Shown: positions 1 to 12,331 of the stretch, piece by piece
Layout: each line of letters starts with the position of its first letter
Numbering within the stretch: position 1 is the stretch's first letter
NCBI RefSeq assembly: GCF_009914755.1
Contig: NC_060944.1
Source: the human T2T-CHM13v2.0 reference genome, Homo sapiens
Length of the DNA: 64,000 nucleotides
Reading direction: 5' to 3' (one strand)
Notes under the pieces: generated by a model
Databases searched by the model: none
The model's input: only the letters and a program-made list of their open reading frames with translations
What the model was told of the DNA's origin: nothing
Program-made: the position numbers and the translations under genes

Positions 1-21
1 AAGAATTTCATTTTCTGCGCG

Positions 22-318
22 AAGTTTCTCAACTTCACCACTCTTGACATTTGGTGGGGGAGGGCGAGACGGTCTCTGTTGTGAGGGCTGTCCTATTCAT
101 TGCAGGATGGTGAGCAGCACTTCTGATCACAATCCACTAGATACCGGCACTGCACCACCCCCACAGTCACAATCTAATTTCTCTCTAGACATTGCCAAAT
201 GCCCCCTGCCAAATGCCATTGCCAAATCTCTCTCCAGACATTGCCAAATGCCCCTTCTTTCTCCTCCCCTCCTCTTCCCCCCTGCAGGGTCAAACCACGC
301 CTGTTTGAGAAATGCTGT
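22..318 (-). mobile_element. MER20 (hAT-Charlie MITE) with internal short duplication
   Basis: Matches the MER20 consensus: tttctcaac...tgttgtgagggctgtcctattcattgcaggatg...ccactagat...tctccagacattgccaaatgcccc...ttgagaaatgctg. Confidence 0.85.
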
Positions 319-674
319 GCTAGGGTTTAAAACTTGAGCTCAAGGATACATTCCTGGGGAAGTCTGTTGAGTGGACCCCTTCCTTCCCAGGGAGTAGGCT
401 GCTGCAATCTGCTCCTGTGACTGTAACAAGTGACCACAGACTCAGTGGTTTAGACAGTACGATGTTATTACCTAGTAGTTTTAGAAGCCAAAGTCCAACG
501 TGGGTCTCACTGGGCTAAAATCAAGGGGATTTCAGGGTTGGTTTCTTCAGGAGGCTCCAGGGTGGAAGCCACTTCCTGCCTTTCCCAGCTTCTGGAGGCC
601 TCCATGCTCCTAGGCTCGTGGCCGCTTTCTTCGTTTCCAAAGTCATCTGCAGTGAAGGGCCGCATCCTTTCACG

Positions 675-884
675 CCACATCACTTGGCCTCCCTCTCCTG
701 CCTCCCACATCACTTGGCCTCCCTCTCCTGCCTCCCACATCACTTGGCCTCCCTCTCCTGCCTCCCACACCACTTGGCCTCCCTCTCCTGCCTCCCACAC
801 CACTTGGCCTCCCTCTCCTGCCTCCCACATCACTTGGCCTCCCTCTCCTGCCTCCCACATCACTTGGACTCCCTCTCCTGCCTC
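675..884 (+). repeat. 30-bp minisatellite (VNTR), 7 near-identical copies
   Basis: Unit ccacatcacttggcctccctctcctgcctc; copies 4-5 carry ccacac and copy 7 carries ggact. Confidence 0.98.
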
Positions 885-915
885 CCTCTTCCACTCTCGA
901 GGACCTGCGATGACA

Positions 916-953
916 CGGCCCGCCTGGGAAATCCCGGCCCGCCTGGGAAATCC
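916..953 (+). repeat. Perfect 19-bp tandem duplication
   Basis: cggcccgcctgggaaatcc x2. Confidence 0.97.
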
Positions 954-1429
954 AGGATAATGTCCCTTTCTTAGGGCCGGCAGGCAGCAACCTAAATTCC
1001 ATTTGCAACCTGCCTTCCCCTTTGCTGTGGAAAGTCACACAGCCACGGGTTCTGGGATTGGATATGGTTAGCCATGGCGGGAGGCGGAGGGAGATTATTC
1101 TGACCACCACGGATGCCAAGAAGACTCTTGGAATAAAATCCAAACCCATAACGTGGTCCATGAGCCCTGCCTGATAGAAACTGCTCACCGCAACTTCCTT
1201 TTTTACTCCCACAGCCACGCGGCCCTTCCGGTCCTCAAATACGCCCCTTTCCAAGGCCTTTGCCTTTGTGGCTTTGTTTTATTTTTGAAAACTTTAGGGA
1301 ATAAAAAGGAGAGCTGGTGCTACTCTAAGAAACGCATAGCCGTTGTCAAGAATTCAGTGGTACTTTTGGTTTCTTATGTTTGATTAGGATTCCATAGTGT
1401 CCTGCCTCTTGCTGGGCCCCCGGCACAAC

Positions 1430-1960
1430 ATGTGTGGGTGTGTAAGTATGCATGTGTATGTGTTCGTGTGTGTGTATGTTCATGTGTCTGTGAGTACACG
1501 TGTGTGTTTAGGTGCGTGCGTGTATGTGTATGTGTATGTGTGTGTGTGTATGTATATGTGATGTGAGTGTATGTGTGTGCATGCGTGTATATGTGCGAGT
1601 ATGTGTGCAAGTGTGTGCACGAGTGTGTACGTCTGCAAATGTGTTTGTGTTTCTACGTGTGTGTAGTGTGTATACGAGTGTCTTGTATGAGTGTGAGTGT
1701 ATACGTGTGAATGTATGTGTATGTGTACTTGTGTGTGTATCTGTGTGAGTATATGTGAATGTAGGTGTGTGTGTATGTGTGCGAGTATGAGTACACGTGT
1801 GTGTGTGTGTGTGTGGGTATGTGAGTGTGTGGGGGGTGTATGTGTGTTGAGAGTGTGTGTTGTATGTGTATGTGTGCAAGTGTGTGTGCATGCGTGTGTG
1901 TGGATATGTGCATGTGAGTATGTGTGTGTGGAAGTGTGTATGTGTGTGTATGGGTTTGTG
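1430..1960 (+). repeat. Degenerate (TG)n/(TGTA)n simple repeat, about 530 bp
   Basis: Near-continuous alternating purine-pyrimidine sequence. Confidence 0.97.
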
Positions 1961-3364
1961 TTTCTCCTGGATCTTGCTCCCTCGGAGCTGCCTGACTGTC
2001 ACCTAGCAAGTCTCAGCTTAAAGTCACCCTCTCGTGTGGTCTTTTCTGCGCAGCATCCACAGAGCAGCAGCCCTGCGCCTCCTGCTACTGAGATGGAGTG
2101 AGATTCTCAGCATCTCGTTTGCTTTCCTCAAGCACTTATCAGAATTTGTAATTTCTTTATTAGCTTATTCCCTGCCTCCACCAAAGAAGTGCATCTCATC
2201 GAAGAAGGAATCAAAGGAAGCTGGTCGACGAGCTCAGCATCGGTCCCTGGCAGTGAGCAGTGAGCCGCGTGGCACCCCTGGCAGACGTGTGTTACTGAGC
2301 AAACCAGAGACTGAGAAGCAGAGGGCGGGAAAACAGTGCCATGTATTTCTCATGAGTTCTGTGATCGCTCACAGGCTGGGCAGGAAGGGAAGTTAAAAAG
2401 GAAAAAAAAAATGAAGGGAAGATACGTGAAATTGTGTGAGCATCCAGTAGCTGCCAGGCCTCATTTAGTGACACCGTGGATTGAAGGACAGGTGTCCTTG
2501 TCTGCAATGCAGAGAGGAGAGGTTTCAAGCTCAAAGGCAGTAAGCAGTTCTAAACCGTCCAGTCAGGATGCAAACACAGCATGTTATGAGGATGGGCCTT
2601 GAGTCCGGCCAAGGAACAAGGGTTAGGCTTTCAGGCGTGGGACTCCCGCTAAGGCAACCTCCGGCTCACCTTGCTCTCATCATCTCTCTGGTGCTAAGAG
2701 TGCCACCTGAGCTTGGACACCTGGAAGCCTTGTTCCTCAAAAGCAGGAGAGAATGAGGGCTGGACCGTGCTGGAATTCCTTGACCCCTCCTCCAACCCAA
2801 GGCACAGATCATCTTGCCAGGAAGATTGAGGGGACTCCATGCTAAGAATCTGCCCTCCTGCACATGCCAACCACAAGCATGAAAGGTTATTTTTTAAGAC
2901 CATTGTGAGAAAAAAAATTGCTGCCATCCTTGAAGGCAGCATTTCTGCCTGTGATTCCTTAATGACTTCAGTCTCTGCCCTTGTTCATTTATTGTTGCTA
3001 TAATTATAAATGCCTCCGTGGTTTGGGGAGAGTTTTCTGGAAGCAAGGAGGCAGAAAATCTATTTTCCTGAAAGCTTTTCTTTTTAAATTAGGCTGTTGT
3101 TTCTTGTGTCCCTAATGCCAACCTAATGACATTTCCTGATGAGATGACTGTGTCTGAATTGCTGCAATTGCTTCTCTGCAGAAGGCGTTTTCTTGGGCTG
3201 TCCTGAGTGGGTAGAGCAGGGGTCCTTTGTCTTGGCTAGGGCTCTGCTGTACAGTCACCAGTGTTGACTGAGCAGGTTCTAAAAGTTTTGTCTCTGCCTC
3301 ACCTCGTGAAGGTCTCACAGAAATTCCCTGTAAGATAGATACAATTGTTCTTTTAGTTATATGG

Positions 3365-3555
3365 TAACCAGTGCGATGTTCCAAGAGCTTTACATACACT
3401 TTACCTCTTGCAGGTCTCAGGGAAACCCTCCATGAGATAGATACTGTCATTGTCCCCGTTTTACAGATGAGGAAACTAAGGCACTGGGATATTAAATAAC
3501 AAACCCACAGGCAGACAACTTGTAGGTAGCTGAAACCAGATTTGAATCAGGTATA
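3365..3555 (-). mobile_element. MIR SINE
   Basis: MIR core ccccgttttacagatgaggaaactaaggcac and gatttgaatcagg. Confidence 0.85.
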
Positions 3556-3745
3556 TTCTGGTAAGCCAGCTCTCTGGAACAAAAAAAAAGGTAAAGGAAT
3601 GGACTTTTTAGCATTTGCCAATTTCTGTGGTGTAAATAGTCCCGCCATGGCTGACTGAAAGCTACCAATGATTTAATAGCTGACTTGCTAAATTCCTGAA
3701 TATTTAACCACATGCTCTTGCCAACCAGAGGGTGTTGGCTCAGAC
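3555..3745. mobile_element. MER63-like hAT MITE
   Basis: tagcatttgccaatttctgtggtgtaaatagtcccgccatggctgactgaaagctacc matches the MER63 core. Confidence 0.7.
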
Positions 3746-5114
3746 TCTGACTGGATCTTAGACTCTTGGCTACTGGGTTTTGCACGTGCTTAAAAAGGGG
3801 CTTTAGGAGAGTAAAACAAACAAACAAACAAAAAACATGCATTTTGATATTCTCACATTCAAGGTGTGGGGATGGGGAGGCATACCTTTGGATGTTACTG
3901 GAAATACTATGCATTTGGGGAAGTCTTCTGAAACTTACGAGAGAAAGCTAATTCTAATTTTAAATTTTTAGGGAGTGAGTGGGAAGAAGTTTCTAGAATT
4001 AGCCTATCATAAGAAAGTTCTGTGACTTTGCAAAGCTAGGAGATCTCTGACTTAAATTATTTCCAGCTTAGCAGATGTTCTTCTATTTTTTCTTCTCTTT
4101 TTATCATCTTTGATTTGGACCATACCTACACTCCAGCGGTCTGTCTTCTTGGCTCCATGAGGTCAGGGGAGTGCCCATTTTGGAGGAGCTGGCTTACCAA
4201 CAAGCCCCTTCTCTGAGAACTGGCCCAAGAACAGCCCTGCTGGAGGAGCAGCCACACTAACCACATCCGGCCCTGGACCAGTGGGGCACTAGACACCACT
4301 ACCCACTCATCTCCAGAATTGCAACCCAAAGATGCAGAGACAGCATTACCTGGTGGTGAGCTTCGGGCTTTCATCCATGTGATTTGAGATATCATAGTCA
4401 TGAGTGCCGTGTGTGAGCAGAGGAAGTCAGTAAAAAAATAAAGGAGACAGTGAATCCCAAAGATGCAGATATTCTGGCTCTTGAGACACAGAAAGGGGGT
4501 CTTTGATTCCTGGTAGAAGTTCCAGCTTCCCCCCTAACATTCACCTGTTCTCAGGGTGCCCCTTCCAAGGATCACCCATGTAAGGGCATTTGAAAGGGGC
4601 CACATAGCCTGTATGTATTTTCTAGTTAAGGAGGTAGACTCCAAAGCCATGCTATATCTTAGTCCAAAAGTCTGCCAGAAACTTAAAATAGTTCAAATTA
4701 ATGTTCAGCCAAGTTCTCCAGCATAGCTTACTAGAAGTTATGCAATAAACCCAAATAATGCAGTGAAGAATGGCTTCAGATTCAAACCACATATGACCAC
4801 ATTCCAATGGAGGAATTTCAACCCAAAAGAGAAGTTTATTTTCCTTCTCAAATAAGGATTCCAATGTTTAATTTTTTTTTTCTTTTCTGGATTGATGCAT
4901 AATAGGAATCTTCAGGCAGGACAACATAATCTTCTGAGAAGAGGGAGCTCATTGGCACAATTAGTTATAGACACAGCAGGTTGAGCCCAGGTTCAGAGTC
5001 TTTGGTGCAAGCTAAACGAGGCCTTGCAAGGAGACAGCCAGAGCTAAGAGTGTGAAAAGTGACAAGTGAGGCCAACTGTCCTCCCTGAAGCATGAGACAG
5101 TTAAATGGTGCAAT

Positions 5115-5250
5115 ACTAAAACAGTCTCAGCTAAGATAATGGTGGTCGTTGCACAACTATATGAATTTACTCAATATTACTTAATTGTCCAGTGTAAATG
5201 GGTGAATTCTATAAGACATAAATTATCTCTCAATAAATGTGTTTTGAAAA
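5115..5250 (+). mobile_element. Old L1M (L1MB-like) 3' end fragment
   Basis: ggtggtcgttgcacaactatatgaatttact...aaatgggtgaattctata...aattatctctcaataaa. Confidence 0.75.
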
Positions 5251-5261
5251 GATTCATTATT

Positions 5262-5569
5262 GGCCAGGTGCAGTGACTCATACCTATAATTTCAGGGCTT
5301 TGGGGGACCAAAGTAGGAGGATCACTTGAGCCGAGGATATAGCCTGGGCCACATAGTGAGACTCCATCTCTACAAAAAAAAAAAAAACACCAAAAAATAG
5401 CCAGACATAGTGGCACATGTTTGTAATCCCAGGGACTGGGGAGGCTGAGGCAGAGGGATCGAAGGATCAAGTGAGCTCAGGAGTTCAAAGCTGCAGTGAG
5501 CTATGATGGTGCCACTGTACTCCAGCCTGGGCAACACAGTGAGATCCTGTCTCTAAAAATAAACAAAAA
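5262..5569 (+). mobile_element. AluJ
   Basis: Dimeric Alu with J diagnostics (gaggatcacttgagcc, gctgcagtgagctatgat); degenerate TSD aaaagattcattatt/aaaagacacattgct. Confidence 0.93.
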
Positions 5570-5759
5570 GACACATTGCTGAGGAGGCCACTTCCTGCTC
5601 CTTCTACCATGGCTGTGTTGTTTAATTTGGATTAAATGTGTCAAAAAAAAAAAAAGAAAAGTAAAACTTTTTCCTACAAGAAGCAATTATGTTAGCTTAG
5701 AATTTGGAACATCAGGCCCAGGAACTTTTAGTCTAAGGTAGATTGAATAGCTCAATGAG

Positions 5760-6200
5760 GTTATGCAGTAGCTAGCTCTCTCCCCCTTGTTCACCTCACC
5801 CTGTCCTATTACAGTTGAATTATTCACCATGGCTAGGAAAATGAACCATCATGTCAAACATGTGGCTTCCAGCATGGCAGTTACCAGAGAGAGAGCCAAT
5901 GTTTTCATTCACTTTCCATAGAGGATGTCGGTTTGCCTAACCTCTTCAGTGTGCCCTTCTTGAGATACTGACTCTGGCCAGGGGAAAAGAGTCCTGCAAT
6001 TGCTCGTGTCTGGTCAGAAGACCCGCTTCTGTGGCCAAGCAAGAAGCAGCATCCTGGTTGACAAAGTCCACCAGGACTATGTGGAGTGGGCAGGGGTCAT
6101 TTCCGCAAACACAAAACAAGGTGCAGTTACCATAAAAAACAAACAAACAAACAACAACAACAACAACAACAAAAACAGACAGCAAAGCAAACTGAATAGA
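5760..6200 (-). mobile_element. MLT1K/J-like MaLR LTR remnant including a (CAA)n tract at about 6135-6176
   Basis: ctctggccagggg...gtggagtgggcaggggtcatttcc...aaggtgcagttacca resembles MLT1K. Confidence 0.5.
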
Positions 6201-6339
6201 TAAAAAGCAGAGCTATCATGGGTTATCTAAACTAAGCCTCCTTGTCCATATTATCTGGTGGACCCCAAATCATGCATCAGATGTGCATCAGACGTAGACT
6301 GAATGCATCAGACATGGGCACATGCATCAGACGTGGACT

Positions 6340-6492
6340 GAACTCACAGCCTGGAGCTGAACTCAGCCTCAATCAGCTGAATTGCATTGACCTGCAGACA
6401 CATGAGTGAAGAAAATCAGGGCTTCTTATAAGCCATTTATCTATGGAGTCATTTGTTACACAGCATCGGTGTGGCAATAGCTGACTGATGTA
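6340..6492 (+). mobile_element. MLT1 (H/I/J-like) LTR 3' part
   Basis: gacctgcagacacatgagtga...taagcca...ttgttacacagca...gtggcaatagctgactgat. Confidence 0.75.
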
Positions 6493-7174
6493 CTCCCTTT
6501 TTTGCAGAGCAAGGAGTTCGTATTTTCTCCCAATCAGAAACCTCTCCACAAAAATACAAAACAAAACAAAAAAGTAACATGAAATCCTTCACACAATAAA
6601 GTAACTGACATAGCCATAAACTCTTAGCCCATTAATGAAACTATGTCTCAACTTTTAAAACCCAGCCACACAGCTACAGGGCCGATGTCTTTGTCTTTAA
6701 GATTGCCTTTTATGTCTGTACAACAGAATGCTGAGCTTACTTGGACACACTTCTGTTCTTTGCAACCAGACCAGAACTGTCAACCACAGAATGGTGAATG
6801 TCCATCCCTCACATCCCTCTTGATGAACCATAGCAGTGACCTACATGAACAGTCAATCTCCACCAGCCATTCTGACCTCCACCTTCCCTAAGGACACCAT
6901 AGAGCATTTACAGTGAATGAGATGCAGACAGTTCCTTGAACCATGGGAAAAGGAAATGGTCCTCTTAGCATATATATTTGGTAATTTATTTATGACATTT
7001 CAGCTGCGCCCAGTGTCCTGTGTCCTTGGGGCACACTGATGACTTCCATGTGCATGATTAAAATGTGAATAAGGAGTCAAAGAGAAAGGTCAAGTGTCTT
7101 TGTGGATAGAAGTTATGAGACATTCTTGGATATCATACAGGGAACACCTCTGAACATGCTACTTTTTTCTAACA

Positions 7175-7810
7175 GTTAATTTTTTTTTGAGAGACAGAGA
7201 ATTCTAAACCTACAGAAAATTTGCAAAAATAATAAAGCATTCAACTACCCTTCACCCAGCTTCCCCTTGTGTTACCATCTTAAAGAGCCATCACACATTC
7301 ATCAAAACTAAGAAGTTATTCTTGCCACAATACTGTTAACTAGAATATGGAACTTAATTGAATATCCCCAGTTTTCCTGCTAATGTCCTTTTTCTATTCC
7401 AGGATCCATCCTGGGACCCCACATTGTATTTGGTCATTTGTGTCCTTTTGGTCTCTTCCAATTTTGGGCAGTCTTCCTCAGTCTTCCCTTGTCTTTCATG
7501 ACCTTGACACTTTGGAAGAATATTAGTCAGTTATTTTGTAGAAAATATCAGAATGGGAGTTTGTTGTTTACTTGCGATTAGATTATTCAGGGGGATACCC
7601 CTGAAGTAATGTGCCTTCCCAGTGCACCCTAGAAGGAGCCCGTGATGTCACTATGTATTTCTGTGATGTTAACCTTGAACTAAGGCTAGTGTAGTGCATG
7701 CCAAGATTCTCCACTGTAAACTTACTACTTTTCCCTTTGTAATTATCAAATATTTGGAGGGCAATATTTAAGACTATGCAAGTATCCCATTTCTGCATAA
7801 ACTCTGAATG
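7175..7810 (-). mobile_element. Old L1M (L1MC/ME-like) 3' UTR
   Basis: cccttcacccagcttcccc, taatgtcctttttctattccaggatcc, tctttcatgaccttgacactttggaagaatattagtcagttattttgtagaa. Confidence 0.8.
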
Positions 7811-9824
7811 AAGCACAATGAATGAAAATAAATTAATAGCTCATCTGTTCCAATTCATAAACTGAAGTGACTACCTTTGAAGGCAAGGAAACTGCAAATC
7901 TGTTCTAGATACTGCTCCATGCCAACCCTTTCTTTTCAATTCTTGAAAGCATTTTTAGGCACCTATATGGCGGACAGCAATGGAGCATGCTGTGGGCAGG
8001 CAGATGAGAGGGCTCCTTTAGCACAGATGCCAGGGTTCCAGTGTGTGGGAAAGAGCCACAGCAGGCAGGCAGTGATGCCCAGGCACTTCCATGAGCGTGT
8101 CTTAGCCCCGTCACGGACACACAGTCATTCTTACCAGGGGTCTCCCTGGGCCCCAGACCCTTGACCTTGCAGCTGTCCTGCCCACGGCATCCTTACCTTC
8201 CTCTTCAATTGGCCGGCCTCATCTTGTCCCTGTGGGAAGAAGCATGTATTTACAGACGGGGCCATTGGGAGGTAAAAAGAGAACAATTCTGGGTTCTTTC
8301 TAAAGAACCAGAACAGAGTTTCGGGCTCCCTCTATTTCCTTATGAATGTACAAACCCATGCATCGGTTTCCTAGGCTAATCTGCCATGACAATTCCGGTT
8401 GGTTGGTTGGATTCTCTCTTTCCTTTTTTTTTTTTTTTTTCTCCTCAACTGAACGTAAGTTAAGGTCTCCAAACAGAGAAATTGATCCAAGGTTTCATTT
8501 TCCTCCTCTGCTGTTTCGGCTTTATGAACACCCGAGTGGTTACTGCAGACACTTTTGACAGGCCCAGCAGTCTGGCAAATTAAATCTTCTAGCCCAAGCA
8601 AATCCTGATCTGGAATTTCCGCACAATCCCCCTGCCTGTTTCCTGGGTTTGTCTGTCTCTTCCTTGATAGGGTATCAGTTTACCTCCCTGTGGGTGAGGG
8701 TTAAATAATAAAAAGGTTGAAAACAAAACAAACTTATCTTACAGGCAACCCACCGCTACTATTGCTTTTTCATAACAGAAGAGAGAAATGGGACCAGGAA
8801 GAAAAAAAAAAAGAAGAAGGTATCGTGGAGGAAGTAAAAAAAACACACAAGGTGGAGAGTGAGACGGGAGTCTCTTGGTAGGTGGATAGGCAGCTCCGAG
8901 CCAATGCTGCTAGAAAAGAACCTGTGGTTAGATTCCTTTCCGTTCTACTGGGGCAGAAAAAAAATTGTAAATGTTACATTATGAATGGGAGAACTGGCCT
9001 GGAAAAAATATGAATCTCCCATGACCTGCCCCAACCTCACAGCTACCCAGGGCCGTGCACTTAGCTGAGCTGATTTCCCTCCGGTCCATCCAGCACATTT
9101 CTTTTTCATTTACATCTGCATTCCCCCTTCTCAGTAAAGCCGGGAAGCAGAAGGCAACCTGAAAACGAACTGCTGGCCCCGGCCTTCCGGTCAGAGTCAA
9201 AGTCAGAACGTCCTTTCTCACAGTGCATTTCAGCCACCTCTGGCCTGGTTAGAGCAGACCTGGGGCCTCTTGCAGGACTGATACAAGCAGGTGAGGGCAA
9301 GCATCACCGATGGGCAGCCTGGGCCAGAGAGACCCTCCATGTGCCAGCTCCGGACCTGTTTTTAACTCATCGGCAACATTTTTAAAAATAAGGTATTTCA
9401 CATAAAAGTCAGTATGTCCAGGTTTTGGGGGGAATGATAAGATTCAGTATCAAGGGGCTCCTGTTCCCAGATGGAAGGAAACGGGCAGGGCCGCCCTTCA
9501 CACAGCGTTGCTCCGTCCAGCCGCTCACTCCCTCAGAACTCCTCATCACGCATCCTCTCACACGGGATCCTCTGTTCCTTTCATTGGTCGCTGCCAGTCC
9601 CCGAAGGTATCTGCCTGCACAGGAGAGTGATGGGTTTGGGATGGAGGCAGAGGCAGAGATCGATGCATGGGCAGAGGAGACACTCTCTATCCCGGAACCC
9701 GGAGGCTACCCAGGCTCACCATTGTTTTGCTACAACAGTCATAATTTGATGAAGATTTACCAACAAAAGAGAAATTAGAGCAGATTCCAGGTTCCATCTG
9801 CAGAAGTATCCCTCCAGCGTGGAA

Positions 9825-10030
9825 GGCAGTGTGATAGGATGCTGGGAACCCAGGCTTAGGGCTGGATGGCTGCTGCTCCCTGAGAGTGGGAAAGTCGCCC
9901 TTTGGATGCCTCAGTTTCTCCATCCGGAAAACAGGGATCAGGACAGAACCTGCTCCAAAGTTCCTACAAGGAGAGGGTGAGATAAGGGCTACAGCAGAAT
10001 GATACCTAACACAGAGGGTGCAGCCAGGAA
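9825..10030 (+). mobile_element. MIR SINE
   Basis: Core tgcctcagtttctccatccggaaaacagggat. Confidence 0.65.
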
Positions 10031-11522
10031 GCACACTATTGTCCTTTCATGACCTGTGCTTCCGAAATGCTTTTCTGAAGAAAGGGATTAGAAGGGATTG
10101 GATGGTGGGGAGATTGTAGAACAGCTCTCCTCATCTGAGCTCAGGAGAGAGAGCAGGGCCGCCATCCTTCCTTCATGAGTATCTCAGAGGAAATGGGGCT
10201 GAAGACAGGACTGTCAGCGGAGCCCTCACGCCCCCCTCCCTCAGCAGCTGCCAGCCAGCCAGCGGTGGGGCTGTGATGGTCGGGGGAGCAGCAGGGGGAG
10301 GGGGAGTTGCTAAAGTGCAAGGCCCAGAACAGGGTCCTTTTGTCCGGGTTTGAGGGCAGTGCCTGGTCTACAAATCCTATTCCCGACAAAGATGCAGGCT
10401 AGACTTACCCTGCAGACGTGCTTAGCTGCTACTGGGCCTGCTCCTGGCCTCCGCGGCGCTTCTGAGACTGTCCACCAAGGTATGCAGCACTCGTGGCTGT
10501 AAATTCTTAAAGGGTCTGCCTTCCCTGCTGGTCCGTTAGTCTCAAGAGGCCCAGGCAGCTTCTCTCTGTCCACGCCCCTCCCCCAGAGTTGAGTCCTGTG
10601 CCCAACACACATCAGACCCCCGATGACTATCCCCTGAATGACCAAACCGGAGACCCTGCTGGACACAGGCAGGCTCCTTCTGGTGTCCACACCCCCTCAG
10701 GGTGTTTGAAGGGAAGACTTTTATAGAAGCAAAGTCTGCCCAAATAGCATTTCCGTGGGGACCAACAGTGTGCTGGCCAGTCTTTACCTCCATCAAGTCA
10801 CAGCCAACATTGGGTAGTATCCTACCACGATCACAGACCCACCCCGGCCCAGCGAGGCTAACTACGTGAGCACTGGGTGAGCTGCGCCCACAGCTGCAAA
10901 TCGTCATGGACATAGTGTATGCAAACTGCTTCTGTTTTCTCAAAATGCTTTTCTCTCCTACTGCAAGCAAATCAGAGCCAAGCTCACATATTAATGTTTC
11001 AGTCTCAAAAGTAAAAGATATACCCAATCCCCTTTTTTAAAAATCAAGAGTAGGTCGAATTCAAGAAGTAGACCCTGATAATGGAAAAAACTTACATAAT
11101 TTTTTAAAAATCAACATATGGAGCAATTGTTAGAAAAAGGACACAGTCTACTGCATTCCACTTAAAGGAGTAAATGGGTAAACACCCTTTCTGCTTAGTT
11201 TTACTTATAATCAGGAGACAACACAACTTCAGAGTCCTTGGACTTTAGAGTGGGCTACAGACAGTTGGAAGAAAGCTAGATATTTGTTTTTGACCAAAAC
11301 GGAATGAACTTACCGATAGAGAGACTGTCAGAAGTTGGATGATGCTACATCTACAGAGAAAAAACAAAATATATGAAATTCAAAGAATATAGGACGGGGA
11401 ATACTTCTGACTTCCCCCAAAGGAGAAAAAGCAAGGATTTTTACCCCGATTTTAAAGTAAATCAAACCAGGGCCCAAATCCCCACTCTGACACTTCTGAC
11501 CTAACCCTGTCGTCTGTACTCA

Positions 11523-11850
<328 letters not shown>

Positions 11851-11856
11851 AACTCT

Positions 11857-12331
11857 AGGATGGCAACTTGGTCAGGCTGTAGGCCCCGGTTCTTAAACAC
11901 TGAGCCAGGTGTTGCTCTGAAAGTATTTTACAGATATAATTAAATCCTTGATTTGTCCACTTTAATAAGATAGTACCCTGTACAGTGGGTGGGACTGAGT
12001 GAATCAGTTGTAAGACCTTAGAAGCCGCGCTGAGGTGCAGAGCTTGGCCTGTGCCCATGGGTTTCCACCCCACACCGTCTTCCTTTCTGGACTGCCTGCC
12101 CTATGGGTTTAGAACTTGCTTGGGAAGCCCCTACAACAGAATGAGCCCATTTCTTGTCATCAATGTCTCCAGATATATAGATAGATAGGTAAATAGATAG
12201 ATAGATATAGATAGATGATAGATAGACAGAACAATAGATAGAAAGATAAATAGATAGATAGATAGATAGATAGATATCGAGATATACTCTTCTACTAGTT
12301 CTACTTCTCTTGTTGAACCCTGACTGATACC
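11857..12331 (+). mobile_element. MLT2 (ERVL) solo LTR, MLT2D/E-like
   Basis: caacttggtcaggct, ggtgttgctctgaaagtatttt, aatcagttg, terminal ctagttctacttctcttgttgaaccctgactgatac. Confidence 0.8.
12171..12285 (+). repeat. (GATA)n tetranucleotide microsatellite within MLT2
   Basis: Interrupted tagatagataga array. Confidence 0.95.

Larger units (their letters stand above)
395..1110 (-). mobile_element. MLT1-family MaLR LTR (MLT1B/C/D-like) carrying a VNTR
   Basis: Typical MLT1 motifs: ctgtaacaagtgaccacagactcagtggttta, ggtctcactgggctaaaatcaagg, tttcccagcttctggaggcc, aatccaggataat, gagattattctgaccaccac. Confidence 0.8.

Noticed and set aside
507-1254. Four overlapping ORFs with 10-aa repeats
   Set aside because: They are translations of the 30-bp VNTR inside an MLT1 LTR, open on both strands with no gene context.
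1374-2101. His/Thr- and Cys/Val-rich ORFs
   Set aside because: Read-through of the (TG)n tract.
9224-9290. Plus-strand exon-like signals (ctttctcacag ... CAG|GTGAGG) and other isolated plus donors (8455, 13414, 39085)
   Set aside because: No coherent frame or chain. They show that splice-like signals occur by chance on both strands, which also tempers the minus-strand candidates.
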